64,000 nt of DNA from Ascoidea asiatica JCM 7603. Its lineage: Eukaryota; Fungi; Ascomycota. Positions 10,805-21,429 of this stretch are shown one piece after another (the first letter of the stretch is position 1; each line of letters opens with the position of its first letter). The DNA is taken from assembly GCA_001600695.1 (NCBI GenBank), contig BCKQ01000005.1:556093-620092 (forward strand). Reading direction: 5' to 3'. The position numbers were made by a program, and so were the translations under genes. The notes beneath the pieces were generated by a model that saw only the letters and a list, made by a program, of their open reading frames with translations, made no database searches and was not told where the DNA came from.

Positions 10805-11943
10805 TTTAAGTAATTTATATTGAAGTAGTAGATATTTAATAATACTAAATCAAAATTGAATTGGATTAAGAAAGAATAAAAAGAATAAAAAAAATTAAAT
10901 AAAATAATATAAAGAAAATAGAAAAGGAATAAAAGACTCAGATTCCAGGTATTTAAGGAAAATACTATCTATTATAGATCCATTTAATTTCAATAGTGAA
11001 TTTCATTATCTTCAGTATCTTATCTGATAACCGAATTATTTTATTTACTCAATAAAATTCTAAAATGGATCAAAATTTTTCAAAATCGAATTTTCAAAAG
11101 AGTTGTCGCTAGCTCATCAACTCAGAGTCCCAAAGGGGAAACCATTTGCGGATCTCTTTCCAAATATAATAAATTGTAAAGTACACGCCACGTTAAACCA
11201 GCCTCTACAAGGCGGTGTAGATTCAAAGGAGAGGCTTCTTTTTCTATCAGCACAAAACACAAACAGGAAAGTTTGAACACTGCAAGAACTCCAAAAGAGA
11301 AATAGGGAAAAGAAATGATGAAGAAAGAAACAAAATTAATTAGTGAAGGAAAAGAACCTGGAAGAGGTTTATATCTAATCTAAATATTCAAGGCTCATTA
11401 ATTTTTTTCTATTTTCATGTCATCAATGAATGAAGCGTAATTACAATAAAAACGATGAATCTTGAAACTTTTATCCTCTACCAGCCCATTCAAGAGCTCT
11501 TTTTTTATTTTGAATTACCTGATGAAAAAAAACTAGTTATAACCAACGAGTAAAAAGACTATTTATGTAAATTGAACTTCTTAATTTGTTTTCTAATAAC
11601 TCTTTAAAAAAACGAATTCATTTCAAGGTTTTGGAAAAGAAAGTTGATTTCAACCGAGAGACTCTGCGTTTTTGGTTCTTCGTTTAATAACAAATGTTTG
11701 GCAGAGCGCGGGTGATAGAAATGCATGCAGAATCATATGAAAACTTTTCTAAATATCGAAATTGAAGTGAAAAATAATCGAAATATCTTAAAAATACAGA
11801 TTTGAAAAATCTAAATCAATTTAAAATAATTTGAAAATAAATCATTCGAAAAAAACTTAAAAGAAATTCAAACAATATTTTAATTAAAAAATACTCTTTG
11901 AATTAAATCTGATTTCTCAATTACAAAAGAATAGAATATTATT

Positions 11944-14103
11944 ATGGAGAACACAAATATTGATAATACCAAAAGTGTTGATTCTCTCAAAAGGGATAAT
12001 TCACATATTTTGAGCTCTATTTCAAATGATGAAAATAAACCAAAAAGATCAAATATCAAAAACGATCCCAATGAAATTCATATATCTTTTTCAAATGATG
12101 GATTAGAAACTAATAAACCGGATAGTATTACTAGTGATATTCTCGCTACTAAATCAATTCTGTCAGAAAATGTTCCTAGTTCAGATATGAAATCAACTGA
12201 AACAGATAATAAAAGTCAAAAAGGTGTAGCTCTTATTAAAAAAGAATTCATTATTGAAAATAAACAGATAGAAATAATTGATGATGATTTAATGGAAGGA
12301 AATGTAACTCACCCTATTGAAGATTCTAGAGATACAAGAAATTCAAATGATTCAGGAGATTCCAAAAGAGATAAAAAAAATAAAAAAAGAGATAAAAAAG
12401 ATAAAAAAGATAAAAACAAAGGTCAAAATAAAGCAAGAGATTTACGTCAACCAAAAGAATTAATGAAATTATGTAATTCATTAATTGATCCTGATAATGA
12501 TTTATTTCCTTGTAAATTCGGTCCTGAAAAATGTAGAAATGTTCATGATATTAATACTTATTTAATTTCAAAATTACCTGATATTGATGGTATGTGTCCA
12601 GTTTTTAAAGCTTTAGGGTATTGTCCATCTGGATTAAAATGTCGTTGGTTATCAAGTCATTTTGATAAAGAAAATAAAAAATTAATTAAAGATCTTAATA
12701 AATATGAAGAAATGAAAAAAATTAATTATGAAGTTAATAAAATAACAGCACAAACAAGAAATGATTTACAAAGAAGAAGATTTGATTTTAGTACATCACA
12801 GAAAATAATCACAAGTTTAGATAAAATTACAAAAGAAAATGATAAATTACATAAAAAAAATAATAAATTAAGAACAGAAGAAGAAAAACAAAAACTTGAA
12901 GATTTAACATTTAAAAAAAACAATGCTTTTGAATTTCATGAAACTAATTTTTCAACAGCTGAAAAAAAGAAATTAAATTATAAAAATGCAAAAATTGTTT
13001 CACCTTTAACAACTGTTGGTAATTTACCTTATAGAAGATTAATGAAAAATCTTTATGATGTTGATGTAACATATTCAGAAATGGCTTTAGCGTTACCTTT
13101 AATTCAAGGTTCTAATAGTGAATGGGCATTACCAAAATCTCATGTTTCAGAATATCCTGGATTTGGAGTTCAAATTGCAACAGCTAAATATTGGGAAGCT
13201 TGTAAAGCTTCTGAAGCAATTTATAAACTATTACCTAATGTTTCCGAAATTAATTTAAATTGTGGATGTCCTATAGATTTATTATATAGACAAGGAGCAG
13301 GTAGTGCATTAATGGATAATTCTGCAAGAATGATAAAAATTTTAAATGGTATGAATGCATGTTCAAATGATATTTCAATAACAGTTAAAATTCGTATGGG
13401 TATAAAAGATGATAAACCAATTGCAAAATCTTTAGTTGAAAGATTAATGAAAGAAACAAATGTTAAAGCAATTACATTACATGGTAGATCAAGACAACAA
13501 AGATATACAAAAGAAAGTAATTGGGATTATATTGCAGAAGTTGGTAAAGTTGTTAAAGAATTGAATGAAAAAAGAGAAGAAAATAAAGAATTAAGAGATA
13601 ATTCTAATACATTTTTTATTGGAAATGGAGATGTTTATAATTTTCAAGATTTTTATAAAATTAATGAAATGGAAGGAGTTGATAGTGTAATGATTGCAAG
13701 AGGAGCATTAATTAAACCATGGATATTTGAAGAAATTGATAATCAACAATATATTGATAAATCATCAAATGAAAGATTAGAAATTTTAAGAAATTATAGT
13801 AATTTTGCTTTAGAACATTGGGGATCAGATGAATATGGTGTTGGTTTATCAAGAAGATTTTTATGTGAATTTATTTCATTTTTTCATAGATATATACCAA
13901 TTGGGATTTTAGAAAGATTACCAAATAAATTAAATGAAAGACCACCAGCATGGAAGGGAAGAAATGAATTAGAAACATTATTAGGATCACCAGATTATAA
14001 AGATTGGATTAAAATTACAGAAATGTTTTTAGGACCTGTTAAAGATGATTTTGCATTTATTCCAAAACATAAAAGTAATTCATATTCTACAGAAAGAGAA
14101 TAA
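11944..14103 (+). CDS. DUS3: tRNA-dihydrouridine(47) synthase with two CCCH zinc fingers
   Basis: KGQNKAR, CCCH fingers, SPLTTVGNLPYRRL, NLNCGCPID, HGRSRQQRY, ARGALIKPWIFEE, PKHKSNSY. Confidence 0.96.
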   Translation: MENTNIDNTKSVDSLKRDNSHILSSISNDENKPKRSNIKNDPNEIHISFSNDGLETNKPDSITSDILATKSILSENVPSSDMKSTETDNKSQKGVALIKKEFIIENKQIEIIDDDLMEGNVTHPIEDSRDTRNSNDSGDSKRDKKNKKRDKKDKKDKNKGQNKARDLRQPKELMKLCNSLIDPDNDLFPCKFGPEKCRNVHDINTYLISKLPDIDGMCPVFKALGYCPSGLKCRWLSSHFDKENKKLIKDLNKYEEMKKINYEVNKITAQTRNDLQRRRFDFSTSQKIITSLDKITKENDKLHKKNNKLRTEEEKQKLEDLTFKKNNAFEFHETNFSTAEKKKLNYKNAKIVSPLTTVGNLPYRRLMKNLYDVDVTYSEMALALPLIQGSNSEWALPKSHVSEYPGFGVQIATAKYWEACKASEAIYKLLPNVSEINLNCGCPIDLLYRQGAGSALMDNSARMIKILNGMNACSNDISITVKIRMGIKDDKPIAKSLVERLMKETNVKAITLHGRSRQQRYTKESNWDYIAEVGKVVKELNEKREENKELRDNSNTFFIGNGDVYNFQDFYKINEMEGVDSVMIARGALIKPWIFEEIDNQQYIDKSSNERLEILRNYSNFALEHWGSDEYGVGLSRRFLCEFISFFHRYIPIGILERLPNKLNERPPAWKGRNELETLLGSPDYKDWIKITEMFLGPVKDDFAFIPKHKSNSYSTERE

Positions 14104-14210
14104 AATAAATAAGTAATTTCATATATGTTTTATTAATTTATAATTTATAATATATTATATATAATACATAAGATATAATATATAATTGTATGTATAAAAT
14201 ATGTTCGTAA

Positions 14211-14801
14211 TCACATTGATTTATAATCTTTTTGTAAATCAGTAGCTTTTTGTTTCAAAGATTTAATATCATTATCTTTTTTTTTAATCAATTCTCTCAA
14301 ATCATCAGCTAAAGAATTTGATTTTGAAGTTGATTTGATATCATTATTTGTAGTTTCGGGATGAAATCTATCAATTCCATTTGCTTTTAATTGATCTTTA
14401 GTTAAAATCAATTCAGCAACTAAAGAATAAGTTCTATTTAAAATTAGAGTTAAAAATAATGAAAATCCACAAAGGTATAAATTTCTTTGAGCATAAAATT
14501 TTCTTGCTTGCATTTCAGGTCTATGATAACTTGTATGAATATTTAAATCATTATCATTAGAATTTGAATTATAAATTTCATTATTAATTGAAGATACTTT
14601 ATTTAAAGCATCAACAAATAGAAGTAAAATAAAACCCATAATACATTTCAAAGCAATTTGAAATTGTTGAGATTGAAAAGGTTTATTAATTGTTTTTAAT
14701 AATGGTCTTCTAATTTTACTTGGTAATGGTAAAGATAATAAGGTAAATAAAACCATTTCAGTAATTAATATAGCAAATACTAAGTTATAATATAAAGCCA
14801 T
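14211..14801 (-). CDS. YET3: BAP31/BAP29-family ER membrane protein
   Basis: MALYYNLVFAILITEM, three TM segments, ARKFYAQRNLYLCGFSLFL and a C-terminal coiled coil. Confidence 0.9.
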   Translation of the reverse strand: MALYYNLVFAILITEMVLFTLLSLPLPSKIRRPLLKTINKPFQSQQFQIALKCIMGFILLLFVDALNKVSSINNEIYNSNSNDNDLNIHTSYHRPEMQARKFYAQRNLYLCGFSLFLTLILNRTYSLVAELILTKDQLKANGIDRFHPETTNNDIKSTSKSNSLADDLRELIKKKDNDIKSLKQKATDLQKDYKSM

Positions 14802-15149
14802 TTTGATTGATTAAGAATATTTATAATACAGTTAGTTTAATTTAAGTTAAAGGGATAATTGAATTGGGTTGAATTGAGCTAAATTGAAATTGAAATTGAA
14901 ATTGAATTTAATTGAAATTAATTGAGTATCTTTGTTTGAATATATAAATATTTCAAAGAATCAAAAATACCAAGAAGTAAAGAGATAAAGAGATATGAAA
15001 AAGAATTGAAATGATTAATTGAAATAATGTTCTTTTTAAATCAAATATTCAAAGACATCTTCAATTGCGATAGCTTCTATCCCAAGTGTCAAGAAATTAA
15101 AGCAATAATAGTAAATAGAGTGAGTGATTCTGTCTGCAGTAGTGAAAAT

Positions 15150-15500
15150 AGATCTGAAATTAACTCGCATCTCCAAGATTTTGCAAATTCTCCTTTTCAG
15201 CTGCTCGGTAATTGCTCCTCTTTCCGAAGAAAAAGCTTCCGGATGGAAATCAAGGATCAGGACACAAAAAAGCGGAAAGCTTCCTGCTTCCGGATAAAAC
15301 AAAACAGCGGCACGTGAATAAAAGTGCCACAAATGTGGATCTTTTACAGTCAGCTGATATCTTTGAGTCCCGATTTGAGGATTTTTGTTTAAATGCAACA
15401 TCATACACAGTTATGTGTGTCCATTTATATGGGTTTTCTTGGAAAGAAACAACAAAACAATGACGCCCGAGGTTTGTTGAGTTTAGCGCTGAAAGAATCT
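15150..15500. promoter_or_regulatory. GC-enriched core of the divergent YET3/SEI1 promoter with a CACGTG site (15311-15316)
   Basis: Local GC rise, several CCG/CGG triplets and CACGTG between two divergent ATGs. Confidence 0.5.
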
Positions 15501-15666
15501 TTCAAGTGTTTGAAAGAGTGAATCTGAGTGATTACCTGAAAAGAGATGTTTATACTACATTATTATTTATTATAAAAAAAATATTATATAATTATATTTG
15601 TTTTAAAACCTTTCTGTTGACCAAATATATATTAGTTCTGCAAAAGAAAAGAATTAATAGAATTGC

Positions 15667-16797
15667 ATGAAGATAACTGCATTCAAATTCACAATGATCA
15701 TATTCAATTATCAGTTTCCCTTTAAAATCACAAGAGCCTATCTTTACACAACCATCATAATCATTTCTTTAATATTATTTATATTTCCTTGGTCTTTCTT
15801 TATCTTCAATAAGTTTTATAATATTTTATTACCAATACCGAAGATTGTTTTACCATTAACTTTCAATTATGAACATTATCACTTACAGAAATCACCATTT
15901 GTAATTTTAAATTTATCCACCAATGAATTATTAAATCTTATTACATTCAGTTTAAATTACGATATTTATTTAAATTTTCAAGCTTTTTGTAATCCAATTT
16001 TTTCAAATACCAATTCACTTTATAGCCAATTGATTTATAATCCTTCAATGTTTAAATTTTCAATATTAAATAATGATCTTGTAAAAGATTTATTAATCAA
16101 TTATTATGATAATATAAATAACAATTCAATCAATAATGATCATAATTGGCCATTAACTTCTTTTTTATCAAATTCAAAAAAAAAATATGATATTTATTTT
16201 AATAAAAATGAAATTGTTTTATCTTTAATTCATAGTATTTTGTTGACTTGTTCTTCTACAAAATCTTCAATGTCAATTCAAAATAATAACAATAATATTA
16301 ATAATAACAATAATAATAATATAATATTAAAGTTAATTCCCCCAATTTTTACTTACATAATACCTCCAATAATTTATGATAATTTTTTATTCAATTCAAA
16401 TGAAAATAATTTTAATAATATATATAATATAAATATTTTGAAAAATTTCAAATTCAATTTAAATAATTTGAATATGCTTAAAAATTCTTCAATTTTAATT
16501 GAATACAATAATAATAATATAATTATAAATAACTTTTTATCAAACCTTAAATTCATACCCTCTTTTATTTCTGATTTTAATTCAATTAATAATAATTCAA
16601 ACAATAATTCAAATAATTACTTCAATTATTTCTTAAATTTATTAAGATTTTTTTTATTTAATTATAAAATCTCTTCATATATATTCGGAACTATTTTCTT
16701 ATTTTTCTTAAATTCTTTTATATATTTATTTTTACTTTATTATTTATTTAATTATTCAATTTTTAAAATAAATTCATCTTCAACTAATAAAAATTAA
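15667..16797 (+). CDS. SEI1: Seipin (Sei1/Fld1), lipid-droplet biogenesis protein; alternative start 15694
   Basis: Two TM segments flank a luminal domain. Blocks match S. cerevisiae Sei1 as I recall it: FIFPWSFFIFNKFYNILLP ~ IILPLSILIYHDFYLRLLP, YDIYLNFQAFC ~ YKLDLNLQLYC, LRFFLFNYKISSYIFG ~ LRNLMLRKRFLSYIIG. SEI1 lies near DUS3/DUS4 in S. cerevisiae. Confidence 0.82.
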   Translation: MKITAFKFTMIIFNYQFPFKITRAYLYTTIIIISLILFIFPWSFFIFNKFYNILLPIPKIVLPLTFNYEHYHLQKSPFVILNLSTNELLNLITFSLNYDIYLNFQAFCNPIFSNTNSLYSQLIYNPSMFKFSILNNDLVKDLLINYYDNINNNSINNDHNWPLTSFLSNSKKKYDIYFNKNEIVLSLIHSILLTCSSTKSSMSIQNNNNNINNNNNNNIILKLIPPIFTYIIPPIIYDNFLFNSNENNFNNIYNINILKNFKFNLNNLNMLKNSSILIEYNNNNIIINNFLSNLKFIPSFISDFNSINNNSNNNSNNYFNYFLNLLRFFLFNYKISSYIFGTIFLFFLNSFIYLFLLYYLFNYSIFKINSSSTNKN

Positions 16798-17584
16798 TAA
16801 ACTAATAAAAAACCAAAATTCAATTTTTTAAATATATCTTATTTTTCCCTAATTCTATTATTTTCATTAATTTCCTTATTTTTTTGGTGTATTTTCACTA
16901 ATTTTGACTTCTTTCGTCCTTCCATATCTTAACACCCTCTCTTATCTTGGGACAATTAACACTAACAACAAAAAATCCACTTTTATCTCTATATTAAAAT
17001 ATTATAATATCATATAATGGAATTATAATATCAAAAGACCTTTTAGTTAATGATTTGGAAAAGGAGTAAATTACAATCATTAAGGACTAATCTCAGATTC
17101 ATCTCTTCCACTAAAAAAGAACTAAGTCATAAAATATTACTTAATACTCTTTACATATTTTTTTTTTTGTCTTTTGATCTATCTTTATAGCAATTCATTC
17201 TCTAATTTCTTTCTAATATATTTCTCTTTATTTATTTACTTATTCTTATTTCTTTCTTTTCTTTTCTTTTAATTTCTTCTTTCTCCTTTCTTATTTATAT
17301 TAATTATTGCTCCACTTTTAATCAATCACTCTCATATTTATTTCTCTTTCAAAAAAGTTTTTTCTACAAATATTAAAATTACAATTAAAAGTTTCCTTTT
17401 TTTATTTCCCCTTACAACCAAAATTATCAAAAAATTATTTATCAAAAAAATTATTAAAAACTTACTCAAATCTATTAAATTTAACTCCATTTTTATTTCC
17501 AATTTCAATTCCAATTTCAATTTCAATTCTAATTTCAATTCCAATTTCACTCAAAATTATCAATCTAGAATATAAATCTCAAAA

Positions 17585-20539
17585 ATGAAGTTTACAATAA
17601 GGTCAACCAATTTAGATAAATCAAAATTAATCCAATTAATTTCAATTAATATAATAGTTTACTCTATGTTTATATGTATTTTACTAATTTTTTCTTTTAT
17701 ATTTTCAAACTTATTTAATCTCAACTATAGTAATAATAATAATAAGAATAATCAGTTGAATGACTTAAATAAAAAATCAATTCCCTTGAATTTTAACTAT
17801 GAATTAACAGATAAACCTCCATTCATATTATTAAACCTAGACAAAGTTTTATTCAATTTCAATGAAAATATTTTTATCAACTTAAAACAAATTAAAAAAA
17901 TAAATCTAAAATTTAATGATATTTTACCTTCCCAATCAACTTCTTCATTATCTTCATCATCTTCATTACCTTTATCATTTATTAAGAATAATCCAAGTAA
18001 AAATAACATTCTACAAAATAATAACAATAACAATATCAATAATAACAACATTAATAATATTGAGAATGAATCAATTATGATTAGATGCTCAATTTTATCA
18101 ACTCAAGTTTTGAATTCTTTATTGTCTTTAAACAATTATAATTATAATAATAATATCGAAAGTAACAAAAATGACAATACAAATAAAGAAACTTGGCCAA
18201 TAACAGACAAATATAATCAAAAACTATATTCCTATCATTCTTATCAAAAATATAAAATAGTTGATAAAACTAACACCCCTAAAAAAAACAATAAAAAAAA
18301 TATTAAAAAAAATAATAAAGATATTGATAGTAAAGATTCCAGTGAAATCTTCATGTCTATTAAAAGATCATTTATTCATTCATTAGTAAATCCCAAAATC
18401 AATAACCTAAAACGTAACTTTAACTTTGTTTCTAATGAAGAAGAAGATTATTACTATAATTCAATTGATGAAGATGACGAAGATGACGAAGATGATCAAA
18501 GTTGGTTTTTTAAAAATAAGAAAAAGAAAAATCTATTTAAAAAAACTAAAAAAGACACCTATGGTTATAAAATTAATTTGTATGATTTTCTTTATGACTA
18601 TGATTTATTTGAAGAAGTTTCGTTTTCAAAAAAAGATTTTAAATTCAATATCAAAAATAAAAATTTTTTAAATCAATTTAAGATATTAATTGAATTCAAT
18701 AATAAAAACTTATTAATAAAAAATTCTGTTTTAGAATTATTTTACCTCGACGATAATACTTCAAGTAACTTTGAAAATGCCCCAGCATATATTTGGGAAT
18801 TTTATTCTCTAATTATTTTTTCCATTTGCTGGATTTTTTTCTTGAAAAAAAATAAGGATCATATTTTAGATATTTATGAAACAGTAATCTTTCCATATTT
18901 GAGAAATTTGCTGTTCAAATTTGGTATTAACGAAGTACATTATAGTGATATCAGTATTTCAATATTTGATTTTACTGAAGCTGAATCTGTCGGTTTTTAT
19001 GCCAAAGTTTTAGAGTCAATTGACTATGATTCTACTACTGACATTGACGAAGATGATACTGAGATCTATAAAAATAATTGCATTCTGATAGAGAAAAATA
19101 ATATAAAAAGTATAAATACTGAAAATAATATTATTTTGAACAAAATTATGAAGTGTAATAATAACAATGAAATTGCTAGTTTGAGTGTTATTGATTATGA
19201 AAATAACACTATAATTAATAACAACAAGGCTAATGTTAATAACAATGCTAATAACAATGTCAATAACAATGCCAATAATAATAATAACAATGCTACTAAT
19301 ACAAATAATAATAATAGTAATATTAGTGAAATTATTAGTAATAATGATAGTAATAATAAAAATGATAACAACAATAATGATTATAAAAGTAGAAGTACTA
19401 GTAATACTAATGATGAATACAGGGATTTCAATTCTGAAGTTAAGAGTTTCGAAAATGTGAACAATTTTATCAATAACCCAATCATCGATGACATGGGTGA
19501 TAATAACGAGATTCTTGACCCTTTCCCAATTGAACCTTTTATTGTTCCCAATAATTTCGAGCCTCTAGATTCGATTGGCATAATTGAAGATAAATCTGCT
19601 AATGCTGTCTTGAATGAACTTAACAGCTTAAGCTTAAATCAATTTCAAAACTCAAACTCCAGTTACTATTATCCAAATAATCAAAGAACAAATGCTGATC
19701 AAGATAATGTTAGTATAAATTTAGACATTTCTGACACTAATATTGACCTTCAGGATATAGATTACGGTAATGAAATTAACAATTATCAAGATAAAAACAA
19801 AAAGAAAAATGAAATTAATAATACATCGATTGATATCGATAATTCTATAGAGGAGCAATTGTTGTTTAGATCAGATCAGAATAATGATCCAAGAAAAAAA
19901 CTATCTCCAGATGTTAGAAAATCGAGTTTTTCTACCAATTCAATATCAAGAAGGGGTAGTCATTCTTATATTTATGAGAAAGGTCCGAATTCAATTACTT
20001 CTTTGAGTCCAGGAGAAAATGATAGTCTAATGAGTAATCAAAATCAAATGTCTAACAATTCCCCATTGAGTGACTATGTGGCTATATCATCCTCAGACCG
20101 CAAAAGTATCTCTAGAAATTCACCCAAAAGATATACAGACTCAAGGCCAACTTCTAGAGGTTCAAAAGTGTCAATTACCTTAGGTTCCCCTCCTAAAGTG
20201 TATAGTTCTGCGTATGAAAATCAACCTGCTACTTTAGTCCAACAAGCGAATTTGCCGGTCTCAGCTTCTTATCCAAAATATTCTAACTTCAATTCTCCAT
20301 CAACTAAACAAGCCGGCAGCTCTGAGAGTCCTACTAGTATTCATGATCTTTTGGCTGATCTTGGTATGAATCATAATAAACAGCTTGGAAATAAAAAGAC
20401 AATTTTTTCTCCTAATAACTCTAAGCTAATGTCTGCTCCCAAATCTTTAGGAAGTGAGGATAAAAGTGTATTTACTTTGAGTCCTCAGGGTGGGACAGTT
20501 GTTCCAATGAATCCGAAGCAGAACCGATCACTTTCTTGA
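17585..20539 (+). CDS. Diverged seipin paralogue (TM-luminal domain-TM) with ~560-aa Asn/Ser-rich disordered C-terminal tail
   Basis: Five colinear blocks are shared with the upstream seipin, e.g. IPLNFNYELTDKPPFILLNL vs LPLTFNYEHYHLQKSPFVILNL, WPIT vs WPLT, DFKFNIKNKNFLNQFKILIEFNNKNLLI vs NFKFNLNNLNMLKNSSILIEYNNNNIII. Hydrophobic segments at ~aa15-45 and ~aa400-420. Confidence 0.7.
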   Translation: MKFTIRSTNLDKSKLIQLISINIIVYSMFICILLIFSFIFSNLFNLNYSNNNNKNNQLNDLNKKSIPLNFNYELTDKPPFILLNLDKVLFNFNENIFINLKQIKKINLKFNDILPSQSTSSLSSSSSLPLSFIKNNPSKNNILQNNNNNNINNNNINNIENESIMIRCSILSTQVLNSLLSLNNYNYNNNIESNKNDNTNKETWPITDKYNQKLYSYHSYQKYKIVDKTNTPKKNNKKNIKKNNKDIDSKDSSEIFMSIKRSFIHSLVNPKINNLKRNFNFVSNEEEDYYYNSIDEDDEDDEDDQSWFFKNKKKKNLFKKTKKDTYGYKINLYDFLYDYDLFEEVSFSKKDFKFNIKNKNFLNQFKILIEFNNKNLLIKNSVLELFYLDDNTSSNFENAPAYIWEFYSLIIFSICWIFFLKKNKDHILDIYETVIFPYLRNLLFKFGINEVHYSDISISIFDFTEAESVGFYAKVLESIDYDSTTDIDEDDTEIYKNNCILIEKNNIKSINTENNIILNKIMKCNNNNEIASLSVIDYENNTIINNNKANVNNNANNNVNNNANNNNNNATNTNNNNSNISEIISNNDSNNKNDNNNNDYKSRSTSNTNDEYRDFNSEVKSFENVNNFINNPIIDDMGDNNEILDPFPIEPFIVPNNFEPLDSIGIIEDKSANAVLNELNSLSLNQFQNSNSSYYYPNNQRTNADQDNVSINLDISDTNIDLQDIDYGNEINNYQDKNKKKNEINNTSIDIDNSIEEQLLFRSDQNNDPRKKLSPDVRKSSFSTNSISRRGSHSYIYEKGPNSITSLSPGENDSLMSNQNQMSNNSPLSDYVAISSSDRKSISRNSPKRYTDSRPTSRGSKVSITLGSPPKVYSSAYENQPATLVQQANLPVSASYPKYSNFNSPSTKQAGSSESPTSIHDLLADLGMNHNKQLGNKKTIFSPNNSKLMSAPKSLGSEDKSVFTLSPQGGTVVPMNPKQNRSLS

Positions 20540-20884
20540 AAGATGATTTTACTTATAGAAATATTTCTAATTACTTTTCCACCTTTTTTTTCTTTAATCC
20601 AGTGTAACTTTTCAGACCATTTCGTTTTCCTGAGTTCTAGCTTTTTTCTTCTTTCAATAAGAGATTGATCAATCCCTTTGTTGAATAGTAGTTTTTTTTC
20701 TGACTTGAAGGAAATGAAACATTCATTCGTTTTTAATTTATATAATATGCTTTTTTTATCGTCTTGGCAACTCATTACTTATCTGTCAGATTTATACTAT
20801 ATGGCCTTTGGTGTATTTTTATCACCATTTTGTCAACATTTTCACAAATAATTTGTATATGTTTTTAACTAAAGCAAATTAACG

Positions 20885-21195
20885 TATCCCTTTAATCCCA
20901 ATTTTTGTGCTTTTTGTCGTAAAGAAATTTAACAGCTAAACGAGGCACGTGAGTACCAAACAGTGTAGGTATTTAAAATCTGTCTACAAAAACTAAACGG
21001 GATCTTATAAATATCACGTGCTTTAAAGTAAACTACTTGAGTAAACAGTATTACTACATCCCTACTTAATGCGGGATTAATGTTATAACTTATTTTTAAT
21101 AAATATTTCAATTTTTTCTACACAGGTTTACACGTGCTCGTAAAGCCCAAAATTGCTTTACGACAAAAAGCACAAAAATTGGGATTAAAGGGATA
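20885..21195. mobile_element. 311-bp non-coding element with perfect 40-bp terminal inverted repeats (MITE-like)
   Basis: TATCCCTTTAATCCCAATTTTTGTGCTTTTTGTCGTAAAG at 20885-20924 and its exact reverse complement at 21156-21195. An imperfect extension of ~30 bp inward includes CACGTG on each arm. Both ends are TA. The inverted repeat is certain; the mobile-element identity is inferred. Confidence 0.55.
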
Positions 21196-21429
21196 GCATT
21201 TTCATAAGCTTTCTTTTAACAATTAAATAGATCAAAATTTAATAAAAATATTTATTAGCATTGCAATTCATGAAATCATTTCTGAAAAGTAGATATTTAA
21301 AATAACCTAATTTCCACAAAACAAAAAGGAGTAAAAATATAAAAAAGTGAAATAAAAAAATCATAAAAAAATTAATACAAAAGGCTAAAAAAAAAAATAA
21401 GAACAGAGACAAAACATAACAAGAAAATC

